From Phoronis australis (lineage: Eukaryota > Animalia > Phoronida), in contig NMRA01000521.1 in NCBI GenBank assembly GCA_002633005.1, positions 69,446-133,445 on the forward strand: a stretch of DNA of 64,000 nucleotides, in the 5' to 3' direction. Both the position numbers and the translations under genes were made by a program. Below the pieces are notes generated by a model. That model saw only the letters and a program-made list of their open reading frames with translations, searched no databases and had not been told where the DNA came from. This document shows, piece after piece, positions 38,701 to 54,200 of the stretch; positions within the stretch are counted from its first letter, which is position 1, and the number at the start of each line of letters is the position of its first letter.

Positions 38701-41700
38701 CAATGACTATAACAAAGATTCATGTTATACGTTAAGTATCATTACACTTGACGTCAAAAATTGGAATATAATTTGGAATCTATTCAAATATAATACCAAT
38801 GCCTGCGCTTTAAGGTGTTGATCAAGCAGGATGAGCAAAGGCAGGTACCAGCAAACTTTTCAAAAGTTCATTACCCCAAAAGCAGCCTAAAGTGCAGTGT
38901 AGTATTCAAAGTGGTTTTCTGTCACTGCTACAGTTAATCATGTATTTTAACGTTGTTTTACTTTCAAATTAAAACAACGATCTGTCAGGTGCTCGTCACC
39001 TCGTCGGATTCACCCACAAGGAAAGGGTTTTCCTCTTTTCGCATCGCAAAACATAGAGGTAGCATGTTTCCATTGTTTGGACAGTATGACCTTTGACTTT
39101 GACGTAGACATAACAGAGGCGATGATGCACTATATTCGTATGGGCGGTAAATTTAAAAATTGTACTGTGATGAAAGTGTTTATATTTCGTCTGAGTTTCA
39201 AAAACAGTGTATCTGATGATTTTTCCGCAAATTGTTAGAGTTCTCAAGGTGAAAAACTTTCACGTTAAGATCCCCAAGCAGAGTGTCCACCACAGTCTAT
39301 ATTTTTATAGCTTTCGAGTTTCGGGTCTTTTTAAATGCATTTCTCTAATGCGGCAGTTACCACAGCCCTTCACCTTTACTCCTTAGAGCTGCCTTGGTGT
39401 GACTGGATCCATCAGTAACGGTTTCGGTCCAGCATCAAAGTCGGGGCATTTTAGCCCTCAAGTTCCCGCGATGTTTCAATGTTTTGGAATGACATTTCCT
39501 GAAAAACTAAACACAAAGAAAAACAATTATTGTGACACAATTAAAATTTTCTGATATTATATGAAAACGCACTATATATAGGCTCACCGCAAACTTGAGT
39601 TTCCTATGAATTTCATTTTTTGTCCTAAAAGAATCACTTTAGGTCCCACTTGGCCCTAAAACATACGCAGACTCTATGTCTGTTGCTAATCCTTGTAATA
39701 AATAATCACATTTTAGGTACATAACTACAATATAAATTTGCGCAACAACTAAACTATTAAAAAATGTAAGATGATCCGATAGAAAATCGTAGCCCCCTTG
39801 AAGTCACAGGTCAACTCCTGGACATCACAGTGCTTTACGACGGTCAGAGAAGTGCTAAAGGGTTTAAAGTAGTCGTCAAACGTTGCCGATTCAACTTTTG
39901 GATTCTGTTTTAACTTGCTGCTCAATACCATTGAACAAGATTTTAAAGCCCATAGATTACTCGTTATGTCCGAAATCGCGCACATAAAATTTGAACATCC
40001 GTCACACCCGCCCACGGAAATGCAGTTTTCAGATAATAAAAATGGGGGCGGGGATGCTAATGTGAGAGTTATTCACATTGAATGCTGCCAAAATTTCTCG
40101 AAGAAATCACCATACAATGTACTCGCTGTTTTTTTAACACAGATTTAATCTAAACTCTTTCACACCAATACAGTTTTCAAATGTTCTGCCCCTATTAATA
40201 TATTTGCGCGCATGGCTCAAAAAGTACACAGTGAACACTCTCCAAGAATAAATGTGCCACGATTGTTTTGTTTACGTCAAAGGTCAAAGGTAACATTTTG
40301 CATATGGCGGCGATGTGATACGCGTTGTCTTGCCGTAATGATTAAGAAGGCGACTGGTTTGTCTTGTGGAAGAAAAATGGATTAAGTGACTAGCAGTTGA
40401 CAGATCGTTTTGTTTTTAATTTCAAATTAAAGAAGAATTTAATTCCAAATCATTACGAACAAACCGCAAAACACAAGGTGAACAGTTTGACGTCTGTTTC
40501 AGTGGCGGAAAACCACTTTAAATAATGAATTTAGTCTTTTTTCTATTTACATCAGTTAAACTAAGACAGCTATAAAATCAAATGAAGAAGATAGATACGC
40601 ACTGGGCTTTCTCGGCATTTGTTGAGAAGTTCTAAGAACGTTGGTGATTCTCCATATACATGTATGTAGAAATCAGCATGTTAAAATTGGGCCACGCTCT
40701 AAGATAAATAAAACAACATGTAAATTAAACTACTTTTATGCATGTTTTTGTGTTGTTATCTCATATTTATGAAGAGACCCATTTATTTTGGAAAATTAGA
40801 GAAACAAGACATACAGGTATTATTACTTGAGCTTTCAGGGTCGACCAAAAACTAAATCAAATGGGTCATGTTTAGGAAAGTTTTGAGGTAGGCGTTGCAT
40901 GCACATCCAAAGAATCCGATTTGTTTTGATTTTTGAAAACGTTGGAAATGAGAAAATGGATGTACCACTTGTTTAGCTCTCGATTCAGTTTATCTTACGA
41001 TAACGGGTCTTGTCATCTTTGTGCGTTGTTACATGTGTATGTGACAACAGAAAGATTGGCTGCGATTTCGTGTATATCTCTCAAACAAGCCGGTAGTGTA
41101 AAAATCTATTGGTTGACAGCACTTTTGTACCGCATTGTTGGAATATGTATGAAATTTGCTTTCAGAATCTAGCGTTGGCTTATTATGCTTATCGACAGGG
41201 AAGCAGGTTTTTCGGAGTGAAAAGTGTCAAATTCGTCTTTTTGCCAGTTTACTTTCTTAACCTACTTTATTTTTTAGTAATTCTGAAAGGGTCAAACTAA
41301 AAGAGTAAAGTTTGTCTGCTTATCACTGAGGCTTTTTATGGGAAAAGACTTAAAACTTTCCATTTTTTTGCATATAGTTTGTGACAGAACGAACAAAAGG
41401 TGGTAGATCCACTGATTTTTTTTGGTTGGCACACCTCAGTGAGTGCTGGGTAAAGCTCAATAGCTCTCTCGAAGTGATGTCCAAGCGAGGTTCTAGTGTT
41501 ACTAAACCCAACCCTTGTCTGTGCCCCCTACGAGTAGATGTACCAGGATACCAATTCAACCGCCTCTATTAGAAACTAGCTGCTATTTCAGTGGCCAGTG
41601 GTGTTCGACTTGGATGTTAGAAGGGTCATATGAAACGGTTTATAAGAATTTCAAATGGGAGGGGCAGCACTAAAAAAGTGGAGGCTAAAGCCCCCTCAGC

Positions 41701-42066
41701 CCCCTTATGGTGCACCGCCAATACAGCACGTGCGGCATAGCACTGAAAAAAGTGGGGGGCGCCGCCCATGTTTCACTCCACCCTATCGGTCTCTACCGAT
41801 TTTGTGGTCACGCTTTATCCATGTGTGTGAAGGAAACCACCCAGTCTTAATACCTCTTATCCACTCTGTGGTCACCAACACGGTTTGAGTTGATTCTAGG
41901 TTAGCGTCTGTGAAGGAGCTATTCGCTGTGCAAACAGGCTATCCGCTCGCCACTGATAAAATGACGGTAGAAGAATGGAGGCAACTGTACAGTATCTGAT
42001 AAGCGTCACAGCAGTTTCAACGTCTAATCAAAAACTGTAATCGCCTATAAACATTATTTTTGACAG

Positions 42067-42225
42067 GTTCCCAACCAAGATGGTGAGATTCAACCTGGAG
42101 AGGCCATGTCGAAAAGCCAGCCTGGGTTGTTCTTCTATAAGCCTACCTATGGCAAGTTTATCACTGTTGACTTGCGGGGAGACGCTGTCCCAAGGACTGA
42201 CTACAAGAACCATTTCCTGACGTCT
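42067..42225 (+). CDS. Fusion gene exon A (VPNQDGEIQPGEAMSKSQPGLFFYKPTYGKFITVDL...), DyP N-terminal region
   Basis: tgacag|GTT ... TCT|gtaag; 159 nt, the same length as the paralog exon 5218-5376; possible in-frame ATG at 42106. Confidence 0.85.
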
Positions 42226-45200
42226 GTAAGTTCAACTGACATCCCTACTCTTAAATCTATTTGACATTATTGTCTCACTGTACCCATTCAGTGAGGAGTA
42301 ATGTTGTCTGTTTAAAGTAACTTGTCTCGACAGATTGTGTACGTATGCTGAAAATACATGCACGAACTGGCTACATCTGCAATTATGCGGTGGGTTCTTT
42401 GGGTACCTACTGAATGAGACAAATCACGAAGTGATACAATGGCCTATTTTTAAAAGAGCACTGTCTGTGTGGTGCGGCAGCATGACGATTAACGTCGCGA
42501 TTTCGCCTACCAACACACGTAAGTTATGGCGATTTATAGAAACTGGCATGATATCGATAAACGAACATCCAAACCGTTGCAAATGTTAACAAGATTGAGA
42601 TACGGCACAAACAAAACGGACTTCTACAGAAATCAGGTAGAAATTTCGTCACCTACCTCCCTACATGTACGTCGAACCATTGTCAAAGTTTGAAATTGAA
42701 GTTGTTTGATAACTACTGCACCATATATTTATACAAAACGAGCTATCCGTTTACTATAAGATAGAATATATAGCAAGACCACACCATTCAATCAGTGCCT
42801 TCTGTCATACCCGATCCGCAGAAATTACTTAAGCATTTCAGTTTGTCCATATTTCGACAAGGGCTGAATTTACTTGGATTGGGAATTATTACTACGAAAT
42901 TGCTTATACAGGTAATTTTAACCAATTCAAAGGCTCTTGAAAAATGCTTAACGGAAAGTAAAACATATACACAAAGCGTCTTTGAGTATGTCATGGCAGT
43001 CACTGGTTTCTGTAATACACTGATGACACTAACAATACTTCTTGGTTTGTATACCTGTCCAATACATTTATCTTCTCACAGGTGCAGCAAATGGTGGAAT
43101 ATAGCCGAAATTTAGATTCCAAGCAGTCTCGAACTAGAATTCTGGTAGGAGTCAATCCCAAATTGTGGGATGAATGGTAAGGACGGGCATAAGAGAAGAT
43201 ATACATTGCATCACAACAAAACACCCGGAATAAAAGAGCGCCTTTAGGTGGCACTCTAGGCTACATTTCGGTGCAATATATACATGTAATTGTTGTTCTC
43301 CGGACACTATTATTGCTACCGGCTAAGATTCTTCAGTGTTTGAAATAATTATTTTGCGTACGTCAAATTCTAACACTTCAAGGAACAAAACTGTTTACTA
43401 ATCGTTTACACAAACCATTCCATTTCACTCTTACCTGCAGGTATTTGCTATATTTCGACATTGTTATCACTCGGTGATTGTCAATATCGTAAATCGAACT
43501 ACATGTATATCCATACGCTTCGAAGAGAAAGTGAATAGTTACCTTTTTGGGCTTCGCTGTTAGGTTTCCCAACAAAGACTACAATTTGGAACAACGTCCA
43601 GAAAGTTCGTTTTTAGTCGATGGATCCACAAAGTTCAAGAATGGTGGCAACACCGATTTGTTTCTCTATCTCAAGTCTGACTGTCAAGAAGATCTCGAGA
43701 AACTATCCAAAATGATGCACGACATATACTTGGGGAAGCTTGAGGAGCTCATCTCATATCATGTAAGATTTTTAACTTTCCTGATGGTCCGTTAAACAAT
43801 TTTGACTAAGAAATGCTGTAGAATTACATGTAAGCTTAGCGCAAACTTTTGAGGTCTTGTTCCCCCAACGTTTAAGCGAGCCAAAGCCAAACTGTGGCTA
43901 ACCCGTCCTATTCGATTCACAAATTAATGCTCGTGGCTTAGCCGCGATGATGAAGAAAGTACTCGCTAAGTTCTCTTATAATGCATAGACGGCTACTGTT
44001 TAGTTTTTCATTTTAAAAGCAGTCGTATCATGAATGCCAGATTTACGTTGAAATCTAGACACTGACATCTTTGGAATAACAAAATCGACTAATTTCTGAA
44101 AACAGGTCATGTCGTCAGTGCCAAAAAAGTCTGGAGTTATCGAAGGTAGGTTTCAAGACGGCTTGGAAAACACATTTGATGTCCAGTCATTGGAGCGGTA
44201 TATACTTACAGGACCTCAAACTCAAGCCGGTCGTAATGGAGCCTTGGGTAAGAAAATGTGTTAGAGTCTCTCAGTTTGGAATATTTATCCACCAAACCTC
44301 CGCATGTTGAGTGATCACGTGCCTGGCATTATTAGGTCTATACCGGGGAAAAAGAAATAAAAAGTCACGTTACATTGCTAAACGCTTCCCGGATCCTGTT
44401 TTTTTTTCATTCATGTAATAAGGGACATTTATACACGTGAAACATTTACAAATCCGGATAATATGGTGTTCGCCGACAACTGTAATTGCACCTCTTGTAT
44501 GTTCCTGCGTAGTTGAGACTGACTAGTTGCAGAGGTCGATAAAAATTTTCAAAAGGGTTAGTAATGTATAGCGCTACACAAAACCTGGCCTAATTATTAA
44601 TGTGTATGATTTTGTTATTCTAATTTTATTTGACGGGGTCCAAAACATCAAAATAATGTCATAGTAAACAATCCCACACTAGTGATACACTTTTCGTGTA
44701 TATCAGGAGTAGATAACATCGCTGTATTCAATTTCTCTTAGACTTTAATGTTGACGAAATGCCAAGTGTTACCTGAAATAGAACGGTTTCAAAACACTAC
44801 ATTGGCCTTTATTTAACCGTGGTGGCATCAGAGCACATGAGTGCAACCAAAATGGGCGCATTTTTCTTAAAACTCTTGACCGTCATTCGCGGAAATTGTA
44901 CCCTCCACAAACGTGGCCAAGTTAGACGTGCACGTACTGATATCCGAGAACTTGGCTGTCAAAATTTTTTGTGGAACTCCGGTTCATTTTTTTCTAAAAG
45001 CCAAGTTCTCGGGGAAAGAACGTGACATAAAACCATGAGTTCACATTTGTACACCAGTAGCTTATATAAGGAGAACGAGTATTTACTATTTTAATTGTCT
45101 TAGGCAGTTATTCTACCATGTGACATCGATCAAAATCGGCAACTGAAAACACCCGAGTACTTAATTCGTCGACCGAAAAACATCCAAGTACTTTATTCGT

Positions 45201-48200
45201 GCCCAGTACGCCGCCTAGGGCTGAATTTCTGTGCTCATCCAGGTTTTTCATAAGTGAATTGTAATATTAGTTATTTGAGAAGTGAACTGAATAAACTCGA
45301 CCTGCTAGTATCTACCATCAACACGTTATCCAGGAGATTTGACGACTATATACATGTAACATGTGTGGTCAACATGAATTTGACTTCGCACAAGAGTGAT
45401 CGGACAAGAACATTACCACACAGTTGTGTTAATGAACACAAAACCTAAGTGCGGGGAATCGCTTTTATCTCTCAGTTCATATAGTTTTGTGTTTTATTCT
45501 AGGAGGTACCTATTGCTTCACGCAGAAGTTTCAGTTCTCCTGGAATCTGCTTAATGGAATGCACATGGGCGAAAAAGAAGACATGATTGGACGAAAAGTT
45601 AATGGTTGCATTATTCCACTGAATGACGAAAGAAGTCACATTAAAAGAGCACGTGTTTTGAACGAGGAAGGGCAAATTTCCCATAAGGTACTGGAACATA
45701 AATACTTCGCTCGCGAAAGTTATGACGTTACGCATACGGTTATCTTTTATGATTTTCGTTCGTGTCATCATGACCAAGATTGTTACTATATCATGTAGTC
45801 AGTTTGAAAACATTCTACCATTTGGCCAACTTCTTCTCAATATTCCCATTGGAAGTGTAAAATAAAGAAACTCCTCTCAATAACAACACGGATAAACTTT
45901 CGTCCCAAAGTGTTTCCACGAGTGCTGTATCTGATGTACATAAATCGTCATAACCGTTTATAGTAAGAGTTACGTGTACATGAATATGGTTTTAAAACAA
46001 AGGTACCTGTATTTTTGTGCAGCGAAATGACTATATTGCCCATGTGTTCTAAAAGTCTGTGTAAGAAGCAAGTACGCTGAAGATGACATTGTATCTAAGA
46101 AGAAAACTCGTGCAAATTTATCCTGAAGTACATTCACAGGGATTTAATCAATCCTGAAGTACATTCACAGGGATTTAATCAAGAGCTCAGATTCCAGATT
46201 ATTTCTAAATATTTAGTTGTTTGTACTGTTAGCGAATGCTGAATTTATATCCAATAATAATCATGCATATTTCATTCTTTTGTACATTTAAGCTGTATCG
46301 TCAGTCACTGCCCTACGGGATATCTGAAACTGGGCTTTCCAGAGAAGAGGGGGTATACTTTGTTGCATTTTGCAATACGCTCACAGCTATTCAAGATGTT
46401 TTACGAAATCTTGCTGGGAGTGACCCAAACTTCACCGAAGACAAACTTATATCTAATGTTGATGGACTGGAAGGAAGCTTCTGGTATATGCCGAGTGCAG
46501 AAGAGCTTGACTCAAACGTGAGTAACAGCAAACATGGGATTTTTAGTCAAAACTTCAATGGCAGTTAATAATAATTAACAACCCAAAAGGTAATTCCCCC
46601 ACCTGCTTTCAGTGACGTCACTTGTTGATGTTGGTATAGATTTTCCGGGTGGTCGTAGAAAATCCACTGTTCCCAAATTAGAACATAGACGACATTAATA
46701 AAGAACAAGCTGCTTCTCGTCAAGCTTATGGAAACAGATTGAGTCTATGAAGGGGCTATTTACACGACCGTATGTTATCTGAAACCAGATAATCATAAGT
46801 TAGAAGGTGGTGGCAATTGTTCTTCAAAGAGAGCTTCTTGCATAAGTATTTTAACCCTTATTGTTCCTGCTATATCCGGTAGGAGCCTAGCCGCGCTCAA
46901 ATTATTCGTCTAAGATCTTAAGTCACAATTTACAACCGTGGACAATAACACGATACTCAGTTGTGTTGCTGTGTATGGCTTAGATAACAGATAATTTCTG
47001 TGTTTTACCTCACTTAGGTATTTTCTCATATGTATTTCATCCCGTGATGTTGATATTTAATCAAACAAAACATTACGGAGCAAGATCGCGGAAGTTCGAG
47101 TCGAAGCATCCAGGAATTGGGCACCGCAAAACTTATCTTGAACTTCTCGGAAGCATTCGTGTTTTTGTCCGGGATAAATGAGCTTGTTTCACAAATTAAT
47201 TGAAAATTCTGTAAATTAACCACCGTATTTCAAAAATACGTTTACAATGAAATTTGGCGAAAGCGTGCCCCTGAGGAACATATTCAGGGAGTTGTAATTT
47301 TAAAGCCTCATGTGTTAGGTATTTCAGTAGTTATGTCAGTTTGCTATTACTCAGATTTGATTGTATTTGTTCAGGTCGGAATACAAGTACATAATATATG
47401 TAATTGGTTCATCATGCCGATCAACATCCCACATGGAATTAATTCCGCATTCAAATCAGTTTCAGCCCGATAAGGTTCCCGACCTTGACCTTTTGGATCA
47501 CTGGAACGTGAAACCAAAAACCAATCCGTACATGTTTTATAACTCGACGGAGTACATGCACCGTATGAGTACGGGGGCGTATGTTGATCAGGAAGATATT
47601 CCTTCTCCCCGGGTTCTCAAGCTCCTCCATAACACGTTTGCGCAGTGGAGAAATAGGTATGTTCTTGAACAACACATTTATCAGGTTTCATGAAATGAAG
47701 TCAAAGTATTTGTGCTCTACATGAGAAGTATCAGGAGTGCATGTAAGGGTTTCTGTGGTTTGTGGTTTGAAGTCCCATCCAAATAGCTCCCTTTATTCAC
47801 AGTTTTCTTATAAAAGCTTACATACATCGTTGAAGCCGTCCTTTCAGAATTTACAAGTTTTTCAATGTCTCGGCATACCCAAATCACACCCCGTCAACAC
47901 ATTCTTGGAACCAACTACTACAGTATAGATGTAGCACTAGACTGATTACCAAAGGTGCAGGTCATTGTAAAGCGAAATAGCTAAAGCGTTTTCAGTTAAT
48001 AGAAATTAAGCTCAGTGCCCATCTTATCACCCCAGTCATTAAAATTCCAGTTTCACCAAATTTTCGAGCAACCCTTCACTCAGTCTCTACAACTTCTATG
48101 GTCCCCTTTAGTAACAAGATGTGTACCAACTTTCACGTTCCTAATGGTTCTTCAAATAGTATGCCCTGTAATTCATTGCAAGTTTATATAATGATACAAT

Positions 48201-51200
48201 ATATTTTACTCATTCAGGTACGCAGTAATCAAATTCGCTCGTTGAGTGTAGCAAACTCTTGAATGTGATTGTATTGATACCGTGATCTGAAGACCAAACA
48301 ATTTCCGAAACTCGAATGGAACAAATTCCATAGCACGCTGTGAGTAAACTTCCGAACCAATCTCGAACAATGCTGCATGAGTGGTTAAATTACCCAATGT
48401 TAGTCCGTGCCTAGTTTGATCCCTTAGAATAGGTCCTGGAATGTGTTGTACTCAAGTTTGTAAATATCAGTACATGTACTTCGCTTTTCCTAATGCAGAT
48501 GGTACGTGAAGCCCGTTGTACCAGAGTACAGGCATTTAAAGAATTATGTGCACCGTTTTCTCGATGACCCTGACGACTTCTATCAGCTAAGCGTACCCCG
48601 CCGCAAGGGGTACGCGAATAAGATGACTTTGGGAGTTGCTATCACGGAAGAATACTACGGGAAAAAGGCTGACTTGTTTAGGATTTTCCCGGACGAAATA
48701 ATTGTGGGTGTAATGCCTCATTTTAGTCTGGGTCTTGGAAAGGTACGCGTGCACTTTAAACATTTTGAAGATATATGAGAGTTTTTGTAAATGTTTTGTA
48801 GCATCTGAGCAATAAAACATTAACTTCTAAGCTGCTATAATATAGCGACAAAAATTATTATGAATTGTCGTTTTTGATTTCCTCGATAAAGATTGCTGAA
48901 TTGATAGTACCGACGAACGAAATCAGAGTCTTGTCCATATAGTTTAAATGTCAGTCCTCTTGTATACTCCAAGCAAGATTTAGTTAATGGATTTAAACGT
49001 GGGTGGTGTTTTTTCGCGAAGTTGCTTCATAAAAAATATACGTTATCCAAAAATTAAACCTTTTCAGTTTTCGTTTTAACAAGCACACATACCTACCATA
49101 CAATTGATATGCCATGTGAAGAGCCACAATATTTAGAGACATTGCTACATTACAGGTTGTCATGCCTTATCTGAGCGAGATCGAGACGGAGGAGGCCTTC
49201 AGCGTGTATCTAAGTGAAGCAGGAATGATGGGGCACGTTGTACCAGATCACGGCGAACTTGTCACCAAAGGCATTGGGCAACTGATACAAGAGATTAAGC
49301 AGAATGCTCAAGTCGCAACCCTGGACCAGGATCAGAAAGAGTTTTACAACTCCGCATTGTCTTCCCTAGAAGGTGTTCAGATGTATATGACCAATTTCGC
49401 AGACTTGGCAATGAAAATCTCTTATGAGGATAACCTTCCCAAGAATCAGGTAGCGGTTGTTGTTTGATCAAAAATTTTATAGTTGGTTCTGGTCTGTACT
49501 TAACTTAGTTTGATACCATCGCTCCCTGACTAACACCACGATTTGCCAAGTGACCAGTAAAAACAAATAGCGCATCATTTTGCTAGTCTCGGGTGAAATT
49601 TAACAATTACTGTAAAGTAAAAAACAAGCCATAGTCAACCGTTTCTTTCGCCTTATTTCTTTTTATACAGTTTGCATATGTAATGACGTCATATGCGCAT
49701 TTACTTGTCGAAGGAAACATGTTAGCATAGTCATGAGATTGTTCCCTGTTTCGTTGCCATTTCGATGTACATGACAGGCACTTTAGCCTACTGAAAACCT
49801 ACCTTATCACGTCCACAGCTACCGCAATTCCTTCCCACACAATCAGCTACTAATCATCGCTCAAACCATTGATTTTTGTGAATAACATAGAGTTATCAAT
49901 GGTGAATTTCCGAAAGCACCGGCGACTCTGTACACTGAATGCAGATCTTGAACTCAAAACAAAAAAGGACACAATTCCAAGCACCACACATCACATACAC
50001 TCGCCACCAAACCGCAACAATGATACTCCAAGGAATGCTAAAAAATGAACATGGCCATCGCTTACCAGCACTTACTAAAGGCAGCTTAAAGAAGTAGATA
50101 ATTAATTTATATCACTTGCCGCTTGGAATGAGTCATTCTAATTTACGGACATGTATTCCAAATATGCACAGATACACACTAATGTACACAGATGATCACG
50201 AACCTGCCATCCAATTCAATCATCAAGTATCTTTAATTGCGGTTACATGTACAGTAATGCATGCATATTATATACAGGTACGCTGCATCACGTATAATTC
50301 TGCAAAATTCATTTACTTGGTTATGTGCGCTGCATATGGTCAACTGTTGATGACAGACTTGGTTGGAGTGCTTGTTGGCCATCTGGTTGAGTTTTTAAGA
50401 GACTCCAAACTCCAAAGACACCTAGCAGCATTCAGTTCAAATTAGCGTCGCATGGCATGTATTGGCGATCATGCTCTTCATGGTAAAAGGGTGCCTTTTC
50501 TTGTCATAGTGTGTTTTAAATTCCTCAGATTTGCATCTAAGTTTTGCTAAAAAATTAACCAACGTATTCGCTATCAATACAACAGCTCAAAACCGTTCAT
50601 TATTTTGTAGGTTGACAGCTTGCGACAAATTCACGAGCGTCTAAACAGGTTGTCGGTGAAGCCTCCTGTTACATTTACTGACGCAGTTCAACTCCTGTTC
50701 TCGTTCCACTGTTGTCTTCATAACATTGGCGAGCCTGTTGCTCTTGGAAGACTTGATCAGATTCTGCTACCATTCCTCGATAAGACTAACCCAGGGGTAA
50801 GAAAATAACTGCCATTATAGAACTCTGGCTGCTGTTAATACCACATACATGTATGAGTATTTGTCAGTTGGTTTAAGTAGAAGGGAAAATACCTTCAAGT
50901 GTCAGTAATGCAGCGTGCTTGAAGATTTCGAGAAATGTAGCAATACGTACACTTGCATTTTCTGAGACTTTATTAAAAAGAATGACTTCCTTTGTATAGG
51001 ATGTACCCCCGCAGGACGTGATCGATGCGTTTTGCTTGAAACTTAGTGAGCGCGTGGAAATGAACAGGCATTTTATCAAAGACCTGGTTTACCCGGGGGT
51101 TACTGCCGTTTTCTACCAGACTACTGGCAACTTTCCCCAAGGAGGAGGTTAGTTTTCTATACGTTCCTAATATTGAATTTACAATTAAAATATATCTATA

Positions 51201-54200
51201 CGTTGTATCTGTGCCATCGAGTGACAAGTTTTCGAATTCTATTTTATTTCTTAATAAATTCTGCAAAATGTTGCCCTTTGCATTGAAAATGTTTGGCTAT
51301 CAAAAGGTGTTGCATATACAGGCTAAAGTTTTACAAAGTTGCAAACCCTGAAAAACTAATCTTTTGGCTCTCGGATGTTTGTGTTCACAAACAACACTCC
51401 ACAACTCAATATCTCTCCAACAATACGACGCTCGATAGCATTGTGGTTTCCTTACAAGTAGTAACTTGATTAAAATAACTTTGGTTTCGTGAATCGATAT
51501 AATGGGTAATATCTTTACTTAATTGTTTATTCAACAAAATTTGTAAGGACGTGCAAACTTTGGTGGCGCTGCAAAAATGATTGCTGCGCGTTGTTGTTTA
51601 GGACACGTTTTGTTCTAGCATCAACTGTAACAACGCATATTAAGTGGAGGCGCACGTTTTCGAAACTGCTGAACCACTGTACTTTGGACTCGACAACACA
51701 GTTTCAAGCACAATTGCTATTTCGTGCAAGTTGTGAATAGTTATATAAACGAGTAAAACAACCTCTGCTTTTTATCTTTCGCTCACAAGGTACTTTTCTT
51801 TCATGTGGTAGGAATCAATCAATGGGTACAACAAGTAACTCTCGGCGGATACAAGGCAACTGACGAAGCAAAGCCGTCTCCGGGAATAAACGACCTAACT
51901 TTAATGTTTCTCAAAGCCACTCGCCGTCTTCCGTTGAACGCACCTTGTTTTTCTCTGCGCCTTTATAAAGGTATCGAGGATACAAAACTGGGGCAGGATA
52001 TCGTGAAGGAAACTGCAAAGGCTCTTCTCAGTGGTGGAGCTCATCCAATCATATTCAATGATGACCGGCTCGTGTCTGGCTTGCTGACGAGCGGCGTAAA
52101 ACCCTATCAGGTTAGAAAATGGGCCTTACAAACCGAAATGACGGTCCTCCTAACTATTAATTCCTATAACGAATCTTGTGATAAGTTTGTGCTTGCTTTC
52201 AACAGCTGGCAGCGCTCATGGACAGGTTAGATGCCATCAATATTTATTTTTGTAACCTACTGTGCATTTTGCCAAATTCGGCTCACAAAAGCCACCTGTA
52301 GACGCTAAAAAGCTCACTATCCACTACAATTAGACGATGTGAATGCCCTCTCATGGAGTTTCGTTGCCAGTGTTATTCATGTCACTGACTGTACGCGGTT
52401 CGGACTCGAAGAGTCATCCTTCCAGTATGATCACTTACATTAACCTTCCAGACCTTAATGTAAAACGATTCTTATCTGTTTTGCGATATTCACTTAGGTT
52501 CCGCTGTATGCCGCAAGGGATTACGCTTGTGACGGATGCTATGAACCAATGGTTGCAGGGGCCTCAGAATTTGCCTTCATTACTATTCCTTTACTGAACA
52601 TAGTGGAAATGGCTATTAACGAAGGCACTCTGTTCAAGATGGCTGGACCTGTGTTCTTACGCGGGAAGAAATCGTCATACAAAACTAAGCCTCCGGAAGA
52701 GATACAGGATTTCAAAGAACTAATGTCTATCTTTGGACGACATCTCCATCTCCAAATTGTTAACTCGTGTTTGTTTATGCTTCAGAACTACGGAAACATG
52801 TGGAAGGTACAGGAGATGTTATTTACTTAAGTCGGTTAACTTAATGAGCGAAAATGACAGGAGAGCTTTCAGCTCCAGATACACTTTCAAGCGAACTACA
52901 ATTAGTCTAATAATGTCCACAGCAACAAGCTGACAATGTGTCACGTGACGAAAATGTGAAAAATGTATACCATACCTATATATCTAACCGTATTTAGTTC
53001 GAATGGCGGTTCCATATATTTAGGATGATTCATTCCAAATAGGTAATTAACAGTTTTTCATGAACGTTATGCCGATTGAAAACAGGATCTTACTTTCTCT
53101 TGGACAGCTGAAATTACACTTGCTCATACTCTGTGAACAATTTCCCATTTCCCTCTCTGCACTTGTGAAGCAAATTGTAAACAGCATTATAAACACACAA
53201 ATTTAAATAGTGGCTATATTTCGAGGTCATGAAAGCATGTGAAGCCATTATTTTAAGTTGTTTTCTTGTAATGTCTTTGAAAGTCCTTTAAAGTGCACAC
53301 TGGAAGACCGGAAAGTGTACAGACAGCATGAGCGAGTGTATATCAAGCTATCCAACAGAAAATACAGTTGTGTTTTCAATCATATGTACGTCAAAACCAA
53401 AATATATTTGTCTGTAAAATAAACAAGAATGTTTAATATCTTTTTCTGGATACACACCTATATTTTTTTCTTTAAAGTGGTGCCCTTCTTCACTTTTGTC
53501 AACCATCATCAAAGGATGCAAAGAAACTGGAAGAGACTTGTCAAACGGAGGTGCACTTTACCATATTCTGGCCATAATGTTCGTGGGTGCCTCGAACGCT
53601 ATTGATTCTCTGTATCGCATTAAAAAAATGGTTTTTGATCCTTGCACAGCTATTACTGATCTCGTAGACCTCGTTAATTGTCTAAAGGTACGTACTGTTC
53701 CGTGTTGTGTGTAACTGTCGGTTGTCAAATGGGACATATTTGTCGGTGTACTAGCCTATGGCTAATGTTTTCTCGTTGTTTGACCAACCGACTATAAATA
53801 AAATGACCTGAATTGGTCATAGATGTTTAAATTGTTCGATTTCACGCTGTTGGGGTATACCGGAAAACAACCTTAACAAAGCCCCTTTCCCCAGCACAGA
53901 CTAGACGTTCATGTATCATGAATAAAACGCATATTCGGGCTGGGATTAACATTTTTCATCTAAAACGGAAGAAACTTGTTAAGTATTGACTTTTTATTTA
54001 GTTGGAAATACAAGTTAATTAAAACAGAAGTGGGCTATTACGTCCAAGCTAGAACCACAGACGGTTTATTCTTTTTAATGTAAGTAAGAATTTGCGTTAA
54101 ATTATCGAGCATACTCGTAGGTTTCATCCGTCTAGTGATATGCAGAGAAGGCTTTCGTGAGAAAAGATCTTAGCAATGTGTTTGTCGATAAAGTACTACA

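Noticed and set aside
41961-41991. ATGACGGTAGAAGAATGG... as the first exon of the + gene
   Set aside because: No convincing phase-0 donor and no similarity to the paralog's upstream region.
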